In this document: positions 38,305 through 46,845 of the stretch, piece after piece | How the letters are laid out: the number at the start of each line of letters is the position of its first letter | Position numbering within the stretch: the first letter of the stretch is position 1 | Source: Candidatus Latescibacterota bacterium | GTDB taxonomy: Bacteria > Latescibacterota > UBA2968 | NCBI GenBank assembly: GCA_965208125.1 | Contig: OZ242320.1 | Coordinates: 4,928,001-4,992,000 of the forward strand | DNA: 64,000 nt | Direction: 5' to 3' | Made by a program: the position numbers and the translations under genes | The notes under the pieces: model-generated | Databases searched by the model: none | What the model was told of the DNA's origin: nothing | What the model saw: the letters and a program-made list of their open reading frames with translations, nothing else

Positions 38305-38339
38305 AATAATAAAACCCCCCGGCAAAATGTCGGGGGGTT
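38305..38339 (-). terminator. Terminator of tonB
   Basis: AACCCCCCGGCA-AAA-TGTCGGGGGGTT stem with an A-rich left flank. Confidence 0.75.
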
Positions 38340-38357
38340 GGTGTTTGCGTTCGTAAA

Positions 38358-39047
38358 TTATCGAGTAATTCGGAAACGTATGGGTATGACGAGATAGACT
38401 TTAACAGGTCTATCATTTTGACGGGCTGGCTTAAAACGGTATTGATTAACGGACTGAAGGGCCGCTTTGTAAAAAATTTCTTTGCCTTTGACAGCATTGG
38501 CCTGTTCGACTACTCCGGCTTTGTCAACCAGTATTTTCAAGTGGACGGTGCCTTCAATCCCCGCCTTGAGGGCGACCGGGGGATATACTGGTGCTACGCG
38601 ATGGATGAGCACGGGTTTTTCTTCGACCATGAAATATTCGAGTATCTCTTCTTCTGGTTCCACTATTGCTGCAATATCATCGCCAGGGGGTGGGGGCACA
38701 TGGAGATCGACCTTATCGAAATCGAGGTCGGTAGTTTCAATAGTGACATCGTCGGGCACATCTTCGCTTTCGGTTGCAATGGGAATGGACGGCCGTGGCG
38801 GTGGCGGTGCGCGGTGAATCTGACGGGTTTCCGGTATATCGACGTTTTCGATGACAATGGTGCGCCGCTCTATTTTGCGTGTACCAGCTGTGAATGTGGG
38901 AAACATAAGCCCTATGCCCACATGCAAGATGAATGCAATCCCCATGCTGATGCGAAATATGCGCTTATAAATGCGTTTGAGATCACAATCTGGATTTTTG
39001 GTACGCGGAATTTCTGGCGTGATCCACTGCTCGGATTTTTCGTTCAT
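38358..39047 (-). CDS. tonB: Energy transducer TonB
   Basis: TM with His (FILHVG), Pro-rich linker, C-terminal YP..ALKAGIEGTV and FKPARQN..PV. Start at ATG 39047. Confidence 0.9.
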   Translation of the reverse strand: MNEKSEQWITPEIPRTKNPDCDLKRIYKRIFRISMGIAFILHVGIGLMFPTFTAGTRKIERRTIVIENVDIPETRQIHRAPPPPRPSIPIATESEDVPDDVTIETTDLDFDKVDLHVPPPPGDDIAAIVEPEEEILEYFMVEEKPVLIHRVAPVYPPVALKAGIEGTVHLKILVDKAGVVEQANAVKGKEIFYKAALQSVNQYRFKPARQNDRPVKVYLVIPIRFRITR

Positions 39048-39148
39048 GGTTCTTCTCGGCAGAAAGAATTGCGGGCTTATGGACTTATGTGATTGAGCTT
39101 TCGGCTTGCTTTGCTGACTGCTGGCCGCTGATACCTGCCTATCTATAA

Positions 39149-39177
39149 ATTTTAACACTACCGTAATGGAAAGGCAA
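39149..39177 (-). promoter_or_regulatory. Putative sigma70 promoter of tonB
   Basis: Minus strand TTGCCT-17bp-TAAAAT with extended TG. Confidence 0.55.
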
Positions 39178-39284
39178 GGTATTTTTGCAAGCCCTTGTTT
39201 GACAAACTGCTTGTGCATTCAGGATTCATATCAATATATTGAATTCCGTTGATTAATGATCTATTCTTCTTGTGGTACAAGGCA

Positions 39285-40799
39285 ATGAAAAATTCCTTCC
39301 CCCATTTGGTATTCGCGTGTGCTGTGGGCATTTTGATCGGATGTTATAATCCCCAACGCGATTTGAGCATAGACCCATACAATACACCGCTCATCCACAT
39401 TACTGATGCCAATTATGACACTAATACGGGAATGGTCGTTGTACAATGGGAGTATCTCGGGCAGAAGCGCGTTGAGAATTTTGTCCTCCAGCGTGGAGAT
39501 ATTTCGGGTTTTAGAAATATTGAACTTTCTCCCGGTGCCAATGCTCAGGGCAGATACGCGACTGTGGGGACGTTTCGAGATGGTGATCTATTAGCTGGCG
39601 AGTCAGTACAATACCGCGTGGTTGCCGAACACAGCGAAGGCGGACTGGTGAGTACTTCCGCAGTTGAAGTTCCTATTCCCGGTGCAGGATTGCGCCAAAT
39701 GCGGCGCAATCCCATTGCCCTTACCGTGCAACTCGGCTGGGAAGCGGAAGCGGGTGAGATCGTGACTTATGAAGTTGTGCGTGCACCAGCAGGCGGCGAT
39801 TACGAGACGATTTTCGTTACGCAAGACCCGCAGCAGACATCCTTTGAGGACAGGACAGTCCCCGACAATCGCCCCTATGTTTATGCCATAAGATCTCACC
39901 TGTCAACGGGAGTGCAACTCACAAGTCGCAGTGTGCGCGTGCAATTTTATCGCGAAGCGGGGCGATATGTCGTAGCCCCCCTGCAGAGCGAGCGAGAGAG
40001 GATGCGCCTTTCAACTGCTGATCCCTATAACGAAGCCGACATGTTCGCCCTGATTGTTCAACCCAACCAAATTTCACTTTCTCACCTGCGGCATACCCTG
40101 GGAGTCGATGTATCACACAGCCTTGTCAAAACTGATATGCTGAATTTGGGCTCCTTCCTGCCGCAATCTGTGGATCTGGTTGGACCTCCGGTGCAGGAGG
40201 AGACGAGAACTTTTTCTCGCGCTTACATTGGCGGCCTGGATTCAATTGGGCACGTTCGAGTTTTAAGTATTGAATGGCCTCTTAATTTCATAGGAATATG
40301 GGGACCTTCCCATCTCAATTGGGTAAGTTCATCTTCGCATGTGCGATTGGCCCAGGACAATCAACAGCGGTTTTATGTTGCCACAGGTGGGCAATTGCGC
40401 GTCTATTCGGCTGCGAGAGCTCCTGCAGGTGCTTTTGATCTCGAATATAGAGACCCCGTGGATATCGCCGTTCATGATGATGTTATATGGATTGCATGGA
40501 CAAATGGGATTCAACGGGGAGTTTTGCACTTTTCTGGTGAGAGGCTCAGCAACATCACGTGGGAGGTCGTGCTGCATCCTGAGGTCGAGCCGCGTGCTTT
40601 AACGCTCAATACTGCAGGTCAAGTTTTTGTACTGGATCGCACGCAGGTGCGCGTGTTTCGAGCAAATGGAGAAAAACTTCTCTCCTGGCTACTGCCTTCG
40701 GGCGCATTCTCAGCAGGTGATCTGACTATCGGCAGATCAAGTCCGAATCTCTTACATCTCTCAGATGAAAATGGGGAGGTCATAACGTATGTGCCGTAG
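39285..40799 (+). CDS. Lipoprotein with two FN3-like domains and a C-terminal beta-propeller-like region
   Basis: Lipobox LIGC, two W...Y.V.R...F.D...Y.Y FN3-like repeats, and NHL-like PVDIAV, PRALTLN.AGQVFVLD. Confidence 0.6.
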   Translation: MKNSFPHLVFACAVGILIGCYNPQRDLSIDPYNTPLIHITDANYDTNTGMVVVQWEYLGQKRVENFVLQRGDISGFRNIELSPGANAQGRYATVGTFRDGDLLAGESVQYRVVAEHSEGGLVSTSAVEVPIPGAGLRQMRRNPIALTVQLGWEAEAGEIVTYEVVRAPAGGDYETIFVTQDPQQTSFEDRTVPDNRPYVYAIRSHLSTGVQLTSRSVRVQFYREAGRYVVAPLQSERERMRLSTADPYNEADMFALIVQPNQISLSHLRHTLGVDVSHSLVKTDMLNLGSFLPQSVDLVGPPVQEETRTFSRAYIGGLDSIGHVRVLSIEWPLNFIGIWGPSHLNWVSSSSHVRLAQDNQQRFYVATGGQLRVYSAARAPAGAFDLEYRDPVDIAVHDDVIWIAWTNGIQRGVLHFSGERLSNITWEVVLHPEVEPRALTLNTAGQVFVLDRTQVRVFRANGEKLLSWLLPSGAFSAGDLTIGRSSPNLLHLSDENGEVITYVP

Positions 40800-41565
40800 T
40801 TTATTTGTTTGGGTATTGTTTTGTCTGGTGATGGGCTCAGCACGAGCGGCTGATCGGGATATTGTCGAAAAAGCGCAGGTTTTCTACCGTGTGGGGGATT
40901 ATGCCAGTGCGTTTGAGACGCTTTCCCATCTTCCGAGCTTGTTGGGCGTGGTGCCTTTGTTCGATAGACCGCGACAGAGTCGGAGAGCTGAAATTTTTTT
41001 TGATCTGGGGCGCATTCACATGGCTTCTGGCGATACGACTCGTGCGCGTCTGGCACTTGTCGAGGTATTTCGCCTGGATCCAGAGGTCAACAAGGGGATT
41101 ATGGATATTGGCCCCGATCAGGCACTCGCAGATACGCGGGCATTACTTTCGGACATGCGCCGCAAAACAATGCGCCAAACCCTTGAAAAAACCACATTTT
41201 TGGGGGGTGCCGGTCGCTCGCTTCTTTTGCCGGGATGGGGACAGCTATACCGCGGACACAAAAAACGGGGGTATATCTTTATGGGGACTGCGGCTGTACT
41301 CGCTGCGGCCTGGCTTGTGACCGATATATCCTATCGCAGTGCATATAATACCTATCGCGGTACGCGTTTAAATGATTTGCAACTGGATCAACGCATATCC
41401 GGCACGAATTCCGATGTATTTACCCAAAATTTTGAACGCGTGGAATCTCGCGCTGGACGGGCCAATCTCGTGCTGGGTTTGCTCGCTGCGGTCTGGTTAT
41501 CAAATGTATTGGAACATCTGGTGATCGGACCAGCACAAGTTACCCTGTCGGTGCCCATAAATTGA
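40789..41565 (+). CDS. TPR-like protein with DUF5683-like C-terminal membrane region
   Basis: Signal peptide, helical TPR-like N-half, and RSLLLPGWGQLY motif followed by hydrophobic segments. Confidence 0.6.
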   Translation: MCRSLFVWVLFCLVMGSARAADRDIVEKAQVFYRVGDYASAFETLSHLPSLLGVVPLFDRPRQSRRAEIFFDLGRIHMASGDTTRARLALVEVFRLDPEVNKGIMDIGPDQALADTRALLSDMRRKTMRQTLEKTTFLGGAGRSLLLPGWGQLYRGHKKRGYIFMGTAAVLAAAWLVTDISYRSAYNTYRGTRLNDLQLDQRISGTNSDVFTQNFERVESRAGRANLVLGLLAAVWLSNVLEHLVIGPAQVTLSVPIN

Positions 41566-41577
41566 GGACGGTCGAGT

Positions 41578-44500
41578 TTGATGCTATTGCTGAGGCGAAA
41601 AATCTATCAGATGTGTCTTTATGTACTGGCAGTGTTGCTGTTACCTATCAGTGTTTTTTCCCAGCCACCTGCTACCTTTCGATTGGCCATCGCGCCCTTT
41701 TACTCCCCCTACAATGGCGATTACGGTGTCTATATGGCTGACCGCATAGCCTATGAACTCCATCGCCGCGCTTATGTCCCCGCTCTGGGAAGAACGCGTT
41801 TTGTTTTCATAGAAATCGATGTACCAATGGGAGAGATAGGCCAGGCGGACAGGCAACTTTCTCCCGCGCTGCGCGAGTTCCTTAGCAAAAGGGTTCCCGC
41901 CACCTATCTCTTGACGGGTTCTGTCGCGTTTACGGGTATTTACACAATTAAACTCAAGCTCATCGATCTTCAGACTGGTATAATTGTCTGGACGAACGAT
42001 GTGCGGGACAATCCTGCGTGGCTTTGGACCAGAGCACATCGGTCTGTGGGAGAGATCCCCGCTGCCGAAGTGCGGTCTTCGCTTGGATTTGCCGAAGGGG
42101 AAACACCTGTACCTGCGCCAGAAGCTGAACATTTGCCGCACCATATTCTCATGCAACCGATCCATACTACAGATTATCTGCCTCTTGCTGCTGATTGTGA
42201 AATGCACCTCAAAAATGCGATTCAGCGCGATGGCCTGTTTTCTCTTATACCAGGGACATTAAAAGGAAGACAGGGGCGCGAGCGGTTTTCTCGTATCAGT
42301 CCTGATTTGCGACGTCAAGCATCGGAAACAACGCTTGCAGAGGCCATCCTGACGGGTAGCTTGCTCGTGCTGGGCAAAGATGGCGCAATGGACAACTTCG
42401 GTGTGGTGTTGCGTTTGATTGACGTGGAGACCGGACAAATTCTCTGGATGGGGTCTTCAACTGGGCGGAGAGTCTGGCGATGGGACAAAATAGCGGATAT
42501 TGTGTCTGCGGCCTTGGGACGACTTGGCGAAGACTTCGCGCAGTACGGGGCAGGGGCAGCAGAGACCCAGATTGCGGCTTTGCGCGAGCATGCTAAAGAT
42601 GGGAAATCGTGGAGTGTACTCGGTCATGCCTATCTCGAGCGGGGATTGCTCAAGCAGGCTGAAGAAGCATTTGAAAAAGCCCTGATTTTCCCCGATGCTC
42701 CGGCAGAGGCACGCGCGGGAAAAGGGCTGGTGCTGCTGAGGCGGGGAGGGCATTTCGATGACGGAGTGCAAGCACTCAGGTCTGCAATCCGAACGGATCC
42801 AGATTATCTCGATGCGTACAGCTATCTCGCGCAAGCTCTTCTCGATCAGGGGATGGTTGATGGCGTGAAAATTGCCGAAAATGCCATTCGGCGCGATTCG
42901 ACATATCTACCGCCATACCGCGTTCTGGGCGATTGGTATGCCGACCGCGAAGATCACCAAAGAGCACGGACATTTTACCGGGCGTATTTGACAAACAACC
43001 CTGACGATGAAGTCGCTGAACGGCTGGGTAGAAGTCTGTTGCAGTTGAAAAATTATCGGGATATAGATCGCTTTATCGCACCTATCGCACGCGAAAAACC
43101 CGAAGCCTCGCATTTGCTGCCCATTATGGCAATCAAAGCCTTGCGGGTGAAACGCTTTGAGGAATCGACCCAATTATTCGAGCGATTTCTCGCGCAAATT
43201 AACGTGCGCGAACGCCAGCTTTACGACGATATTCAGGTGCTGTTGTTAGATGAGGAAATAGGGACTTATCGCGCGCTTGACGATGCGGACAAAAAAAAGT
43301 ATGTGGCGCGTTTTTGGCGTGCAAAAAATCCAAATTTGTCCAGCGCATACAACGAGCGACAACTGGCGCACTACGAACGGGTCTGGATGGCGCGCTGGGC
43401 ATTTGGGAGGGAAAACTATCCCTGGGACCGACGCGGTGAGGTCTATATTCGCTACGGTGAACCCGATTACCGCGCCCGATCAGGATGGGTTCCCTCGCTG
43501 CCCTCAATACGTGTACAGGAAGTGAAGGAAAAGGTGTACCGAGAATTGTATCGAGATCCCAATGAAGGCGAATTGATTGGCCCGGTTTTTCCCATTCGGA
43601 GCGATCGCGGGTTTGCTGCTGAGCGCGAAAGAGAGGTGCTCGATATACCCGATCAAAATACCTTAGACCCGGTTGAGGGACGCCGTGAAGAAGCCTCCCG
43701 CAGCGACCCTTCTCAGGAGGCTTATGCGCCTGTTACCATGCAACACGATCGCAGTATCGTGCCCTGGGAGTCGTGGGTCTATACCGAGGTGGATGGCGGC
43801 TTGGTCATCGATTTCACACGCGAATTGGGTGGCGTCTCCGGGTTTGATTTCGCGCCCATACCTCCCATCCCACCCACTATGCTCAGAGACAATATTCGGA
43901 TTGCCGAACACGCTCCGGCAATTCGCTACAAAAACGCCACAGTGAGCCAAACCGATGAATTTCGCAAAGCACCTCGCTTGTCGCTGGGAACTTTTTATTT
44001 TGATCTGGCGGACTTTCGGGGTAGTGCAGGCAAAACCCGAGTGGATATTATTTACGGCATACCGCTTGAAAATTTGCTTGTCGTTACAGATGGACAGCAG
44101 CCCCAGGTGGTGCTTGAACGCGCGGTTGCGCTGGCCGATTCGGCATACCGCGTGGTGTATCGAAACGCGCAAAAAGTGCAGTATTTTGTAGATACCTCAA
44201 ATGTCATCACTCGGGAAGTTGTGGATATCACGCGCCAGGATGTACCCGCAGGCATGTATCATCTCACACTGACTGTTACCGATGCTATGACCGCGCGGCA
44301 AGGGGTGTTCGCGCTCGATGTGAAGATTGATGAATACGATGAAGAACAGCTCCGTATCAGCGATCTCTTACTCGTTAAAAGTCTATCGGATACGCTGCGC
44401 GATACGCGATTTCGTCGGGGAAATTGGCAAGTTGTTCCCAATCCTCGCAGAACGGTCCGCGCGCCCAACCCACTGGCGTTTTATTGCGAAGTGTACAATT

Positions 44501-44772
44501 TGGAAAAAGACGAGTTTGGACAGACTCGCTATCGCGTGACAACAGCAGTCAAGGCAACAAAAACAGATCAGAGACGTGGGCAGGGGAATGTTGACCAACC
44601 CGAGGTCGCACTATCTTATACACAAGTGGGCAACAGCGACTGGGAACGCTTGCCCCTCGAAGTACACCTCGAACACGCACAGGCAGGACAAAATCGCCTT
44701 TTTGTAATTATTGAGGATCTCGTTGCGGGGACACGAGTGGCAAAGGATACTTTTTTTGAGTATATTCGATAA
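41578..44772 (+). CDS. GWxTD-domain protein with N-terminal CsgG/TolB-N-like domains and TPRs
   Basis: FWRAKNP...NER..HYERV...WDRRGEVYIRYGEPD, two LTGS...L.LID..TG.I.W repeats, TPRs, and a C-terminal LRISDL...YCEVYNL domain. Confidence 0.8.
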   Translation: MMLLLRRKIYQMCLYVLAVLLLPISVFSQPPATFRLAIAPFYSPYNGDYGVYMADRIAYELHRRAYVPALGRTRFVFIEIDVPMGEIGQADRQLSPALREFLSKRVPATYLLTGSVAFTGIYTIKLKLIDLQTGIIVWTNDVRDNPAWLWTRAHRSVGEIPAAEVRSSLGFAEGETPVPAPEAEHLPHHILMQPIHTTDYLPLAADCEMHLKNAIQRDGLFSLIPGTLKGRQGRERFSRISPDLRRQASETTLAEAILTGSLLVLGKDGAMDNFGVVLRLIDVETGQILWMGSSTGRRVWRWDKIADIVSAALGRLGEDFAQYGAGAAETQIAALREHAKDGKSWSVLGHAYLERGLLKQAEEAFEKALIFPDAPAEARAGKGLVLLRRGGHFDDGVQALRSAIRTDPDYLDAYSYLAQALLDQGMVDGVKIAENAIRRDSTYLPPYRVLGDWYADREDHQRARTFYRAYLTNNPDDEVAERLGRSLLQLKNYRDIDRFIAPIAREKPEASHLLPIMAIKALRVKRFEESTQLFERFLAQINVRERQLYDDIQVLLLDEEIGTYRALDDADKKKYVARFWRAKNPNLSSAYNERQLAHYERVWMARWAFGRENYPWDRRGEVYIRYGEPDYRARSGWVPSLPSIRVQEVKEKVYRELYRDPNEGELIGPVFPIRSDRGFAAEREREVLDIPDQNTLDPVEGRREEASRSDPSQEAYAPVTMQHDRSIVPWESWVYTEVDGGLVIDFTRELGGVSGFDFAPIPPIPPTMLRDNIRIAEHAPAIRYKNATVSQTDEFRKAPRLSLGTFYFDLADFRGSAGKTRVDIIYGIPLENLLVVTDGQQPQVVLERAVALADSAYRVVYRNAQKVQYFVDTSNVITREVVDITRQDVPAGMYHLTLTVTDAMTARQGVFALDVKIDEYDEEQLRISDLLLVKSLSDTLRDTRFRRGNWQVVPNPRRTVRAPNPLAFYCEVYNLEKDEFGQTRYRVTTAVKATKTDQRRGQGNVDQPEVALSYTQVGNSDWERLPLEVHLEHAQAGQNRLFVIIEDLVAGTRVAKDTFFEYIR

Positions 44773-44806
44773 AAACAATCTATTTAATTTTTTTTAGGCC
44801 GACTGA

Positions 44807-44835
44807 TTGACAGAAATGCGAGCATTGCTTAAGTT
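44807..44835 (+). promoter_or_regulatory. sigma70 promoter with an inverted repeat in the spacer
   Basis: TTGACA-17bp-TAAGTT, with AATGC-GA-GCATT inside the spacer. Confidence 0.55.
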
Positions 44836-44853
44836 TGCTTGAAGGAGAGGAAA

Positions 44854-45204
44854 ATGGAAAAGCCAGATTTTAGTGAAGATGATCGCATCTTGTCCGTTTT
44901 GACGGACAATGCAGATATTGAGGCGTTTAGCAATCTGATGGAACACGCACACGAGCAAGGGGTTAGTGCGGCTGATTTTATTCGCGAAGAACCCAGACGC
45001 ACCTCTCGAAAGCGCATTCGCAAGCTCTGCCTGAAAAACCGCAAACGATCCTTGCAGGTGATGTTCCAATCCGTCATCAAATCGCTATGGGATCGTCCTG
45101 TTACCGACACATCGGCTGTCGAATCCCTGTATGGGGGGATGCCTCCACAATTTGGAAAGCCCCACCGCAATGGTCATACCAACAAAAGGAATAAGGGTGA
45201 ATAA
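44854..45204 (+). CDS. Hypothetical protein, 116 aa
   Basis: GAAGGAGAGG RBS before ATG 44854. Acidic N-half and basic central patch. No family recognised. Confidence 0.6.
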   Translation: MEKPDFSEDDRILSVLTDNADIEAFSNLMEHAHEQGVSAADFIREEPRRTSRKRIRKLCLKNRKRSLQVMFQSVIKSLWDRPVTDTSAVESLYGGMPPQFGKPHRNGHTNKRNKGE

Positions 45205-45373
45205 TCCGCTGATCCTTCGGGCACATATTGATGAAATAGAAACCCTTCGAGACGACCTGTTGCCATCTGCAAAACGCGGGCAAGGCGATGCGCGTGAACT
45301 CGCGATTGCCCTCCACAAGGTTGCAATGGAAAAGCGGGATCGTTTGCGAGGGCATAATAGCAGACAACCCTGA
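45197..45373 (+). CDS. Hypothetical helical protein, 58 aa
   Basis: GTG overlaps the upstream stop, AAGGA lies upstream, and the ORF ends 2 bp before ruvX. Confidence 0.5.
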   Translation: MNNPLILRAHIDEIETLRDDLLPSAKRGQGDARELAIALHKVAMEKRDRLRGHNSRQP

Positions 45374-45375
45374 TT

Positions 45376-45786
45376 ATGGCGCGCATTCTATCCGTTGACT
45401 TTGGCAGACGCCGCATTGGGCTTGCGGTATGCGACGAATTGCAAATTTCTGTTCGGGGATTGCCCACACTTAAAGTTCGCAATTTCAGTGACAGTATAGC
45501 ACAGGTCGCACAGGTCGCAGGGGATCAGGCAGCAGAGAAAGTGGTAGTTGGCTTGCCCTTAAACATGGATGGCAGCTGTGGGGACATGGCGCAGGTCGCA
45601 GAAGATTTCGCTTCTCAACTCGCTGTTTTGTGCAACATGCCGGTTCGCATGTTTGATGAACGGCTTTCATCTGTAGGAGCAAAACGCGAGTTGCATACCA
45701 TGCAAAGAAAAAAACGCAAAGGTGAAGTAGATCGCCTGGCGGCAGTATTAATTCTCGAAACCTATTTGCAGCACAAAGGAAGATAG
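45376..45786 (+). CDS. ruvX: RuvX/YqgF pre-16S rRNA nuclease
   Basis: ILSVDFGRRRIGLAVCD, VVGLPLNMDG, DERLSS and VDRLAAVLILETYL motifs. Confidence 0.95.
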   Translation: MARILSVDFGRRRIGLAVCDELQISVRGLPTLKVRNFSDSIAQVAQVAGDQAAEKVVVGLPLNMDGSCGDMAQVAEDFASQLAVLCNMPVRMFDERLSSVGAKRELHTMQRKKRKGEVDRLAAVLILETYLQHKGR

Positions 45787-45792
45787 CCTCTC

Positions 45793-46818
45793 ATGAAACG
45801 GTTTCTCTTTATTTTAAGCATTGTGCCAATTGTATGTATTTTGGGTGCTTGTACGGGGGTTTTTATCTTAAACCGACCAACGGGAGTGGGGAAGAAAGAG
45901 GTCGAGATTCGACATGGGACAACGGTTAAACAAATCAGTCAGCAACTCTACGGGAAACGCCTGATCCACAGCCCATACTTGCTACAATTTTTCGCGCACT
46001 TCAATGGAAGTAGTCGCCGTCTGAAGGCTGGCATTCATCCCTTCAATGGACAGATGACAACCTGGGAGGTTTTGCTCGAATTGGAGCGTTCGCGCGATAT
46101 CACGCAAAATGTCACGATTCCCGAAGGTTTAGAAAAAAAACAAGTTGCAGCGATTCTATCGAAAAAATTAAATCTCGACCAGAAAAAATTGCTGTTGTTA
46201 ATGAACAGTGCCACTTTTTGCAGAACCCTTTCCGTACAGGCCAAAGACCTGGAAGGCTATTTGTTTCCCGAAACCTATAATTTTCCGACAACAATATCAG
46301 AACAACAAGTTCTGCGCAGGATGATTGAGCATTGTCACGCTGTTTTTGATGAGCGGCTCCAGAGACGCGCACGGGAACTCGAAATGAGTATTTACGAGGT
46401 GATCACCCTCGCATCTATTATCGAAGGGGAAACCAGTTGGGATTCCGAGCGAGACACGATTGCAGCAGTTTATCACAATCGCCTTAAAAAAGGCATGCGT
46501 CTGCAAGCCGACCCCACGGTGCAATATGCTCTTCCCGGTGAACCTCGGCGGCTATTTTATAAGGATTATGACTACGATTCGCCCTATAATACCTATCGCC
46601 ATGCGGGACTCCCACCCGGGCCGATTAACAGTCCTGGACGCGCATCTATCGAGGCTGCTCTTTTTCCTGCGGATGTCGATTATCTGTATTTTGTCGCTAC
46701 TGGCGAAGGCGGCCATATTTTTACCCGTACTTTGCAAGAGCACAAGGCTGCAACAAAAAGGACCGCGTCTGCACGCAAAAATACCTGGGAAAAAAAGAAA
46801 CTGGTAACTGGGGATTAG
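45793..46818 (+). CDS. mltG: Endolytic transglycosylase MltG
   Basis: VTIPEG, LEGYLFPETY, LASIIEGE, LQADPTVQY, SPYNTY..GLPPGPI and YLYFVA motifs. Confidence 0.95.
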   Translation: MKRFLFILSIVPIVCILGACTGVFILNRPTGVGKKEVEIRHGTTVKQISQQLYGKRLIHSPYLLQFFAHFNGSSRRLKAGIHPFNGQMTTWEVLLELERSRDITQNVTIPEGLEKKQVAAILSKKLNLDQKKLLLLMNSATFCRTLSVQAKDLEGYLFPETYNFPTTISEQQVLRRMIEHCHAVFDERLQRRARELEMSIYEVITLASIIEGETSWDSERDTIAAVYHNRLKKGMRLQADPTVQYALPGEPRRLFYKDYDYDSPYNTYRHAGLPPGPINSPGRASIEAALFPADVDYLYFVATGEGGHIFTRTLQEHKAATKRTASARKNTWEKKKLVTGD

Positions 46819-46845
46819 GGGCCTGGACACCTTGCCAATGAATTT

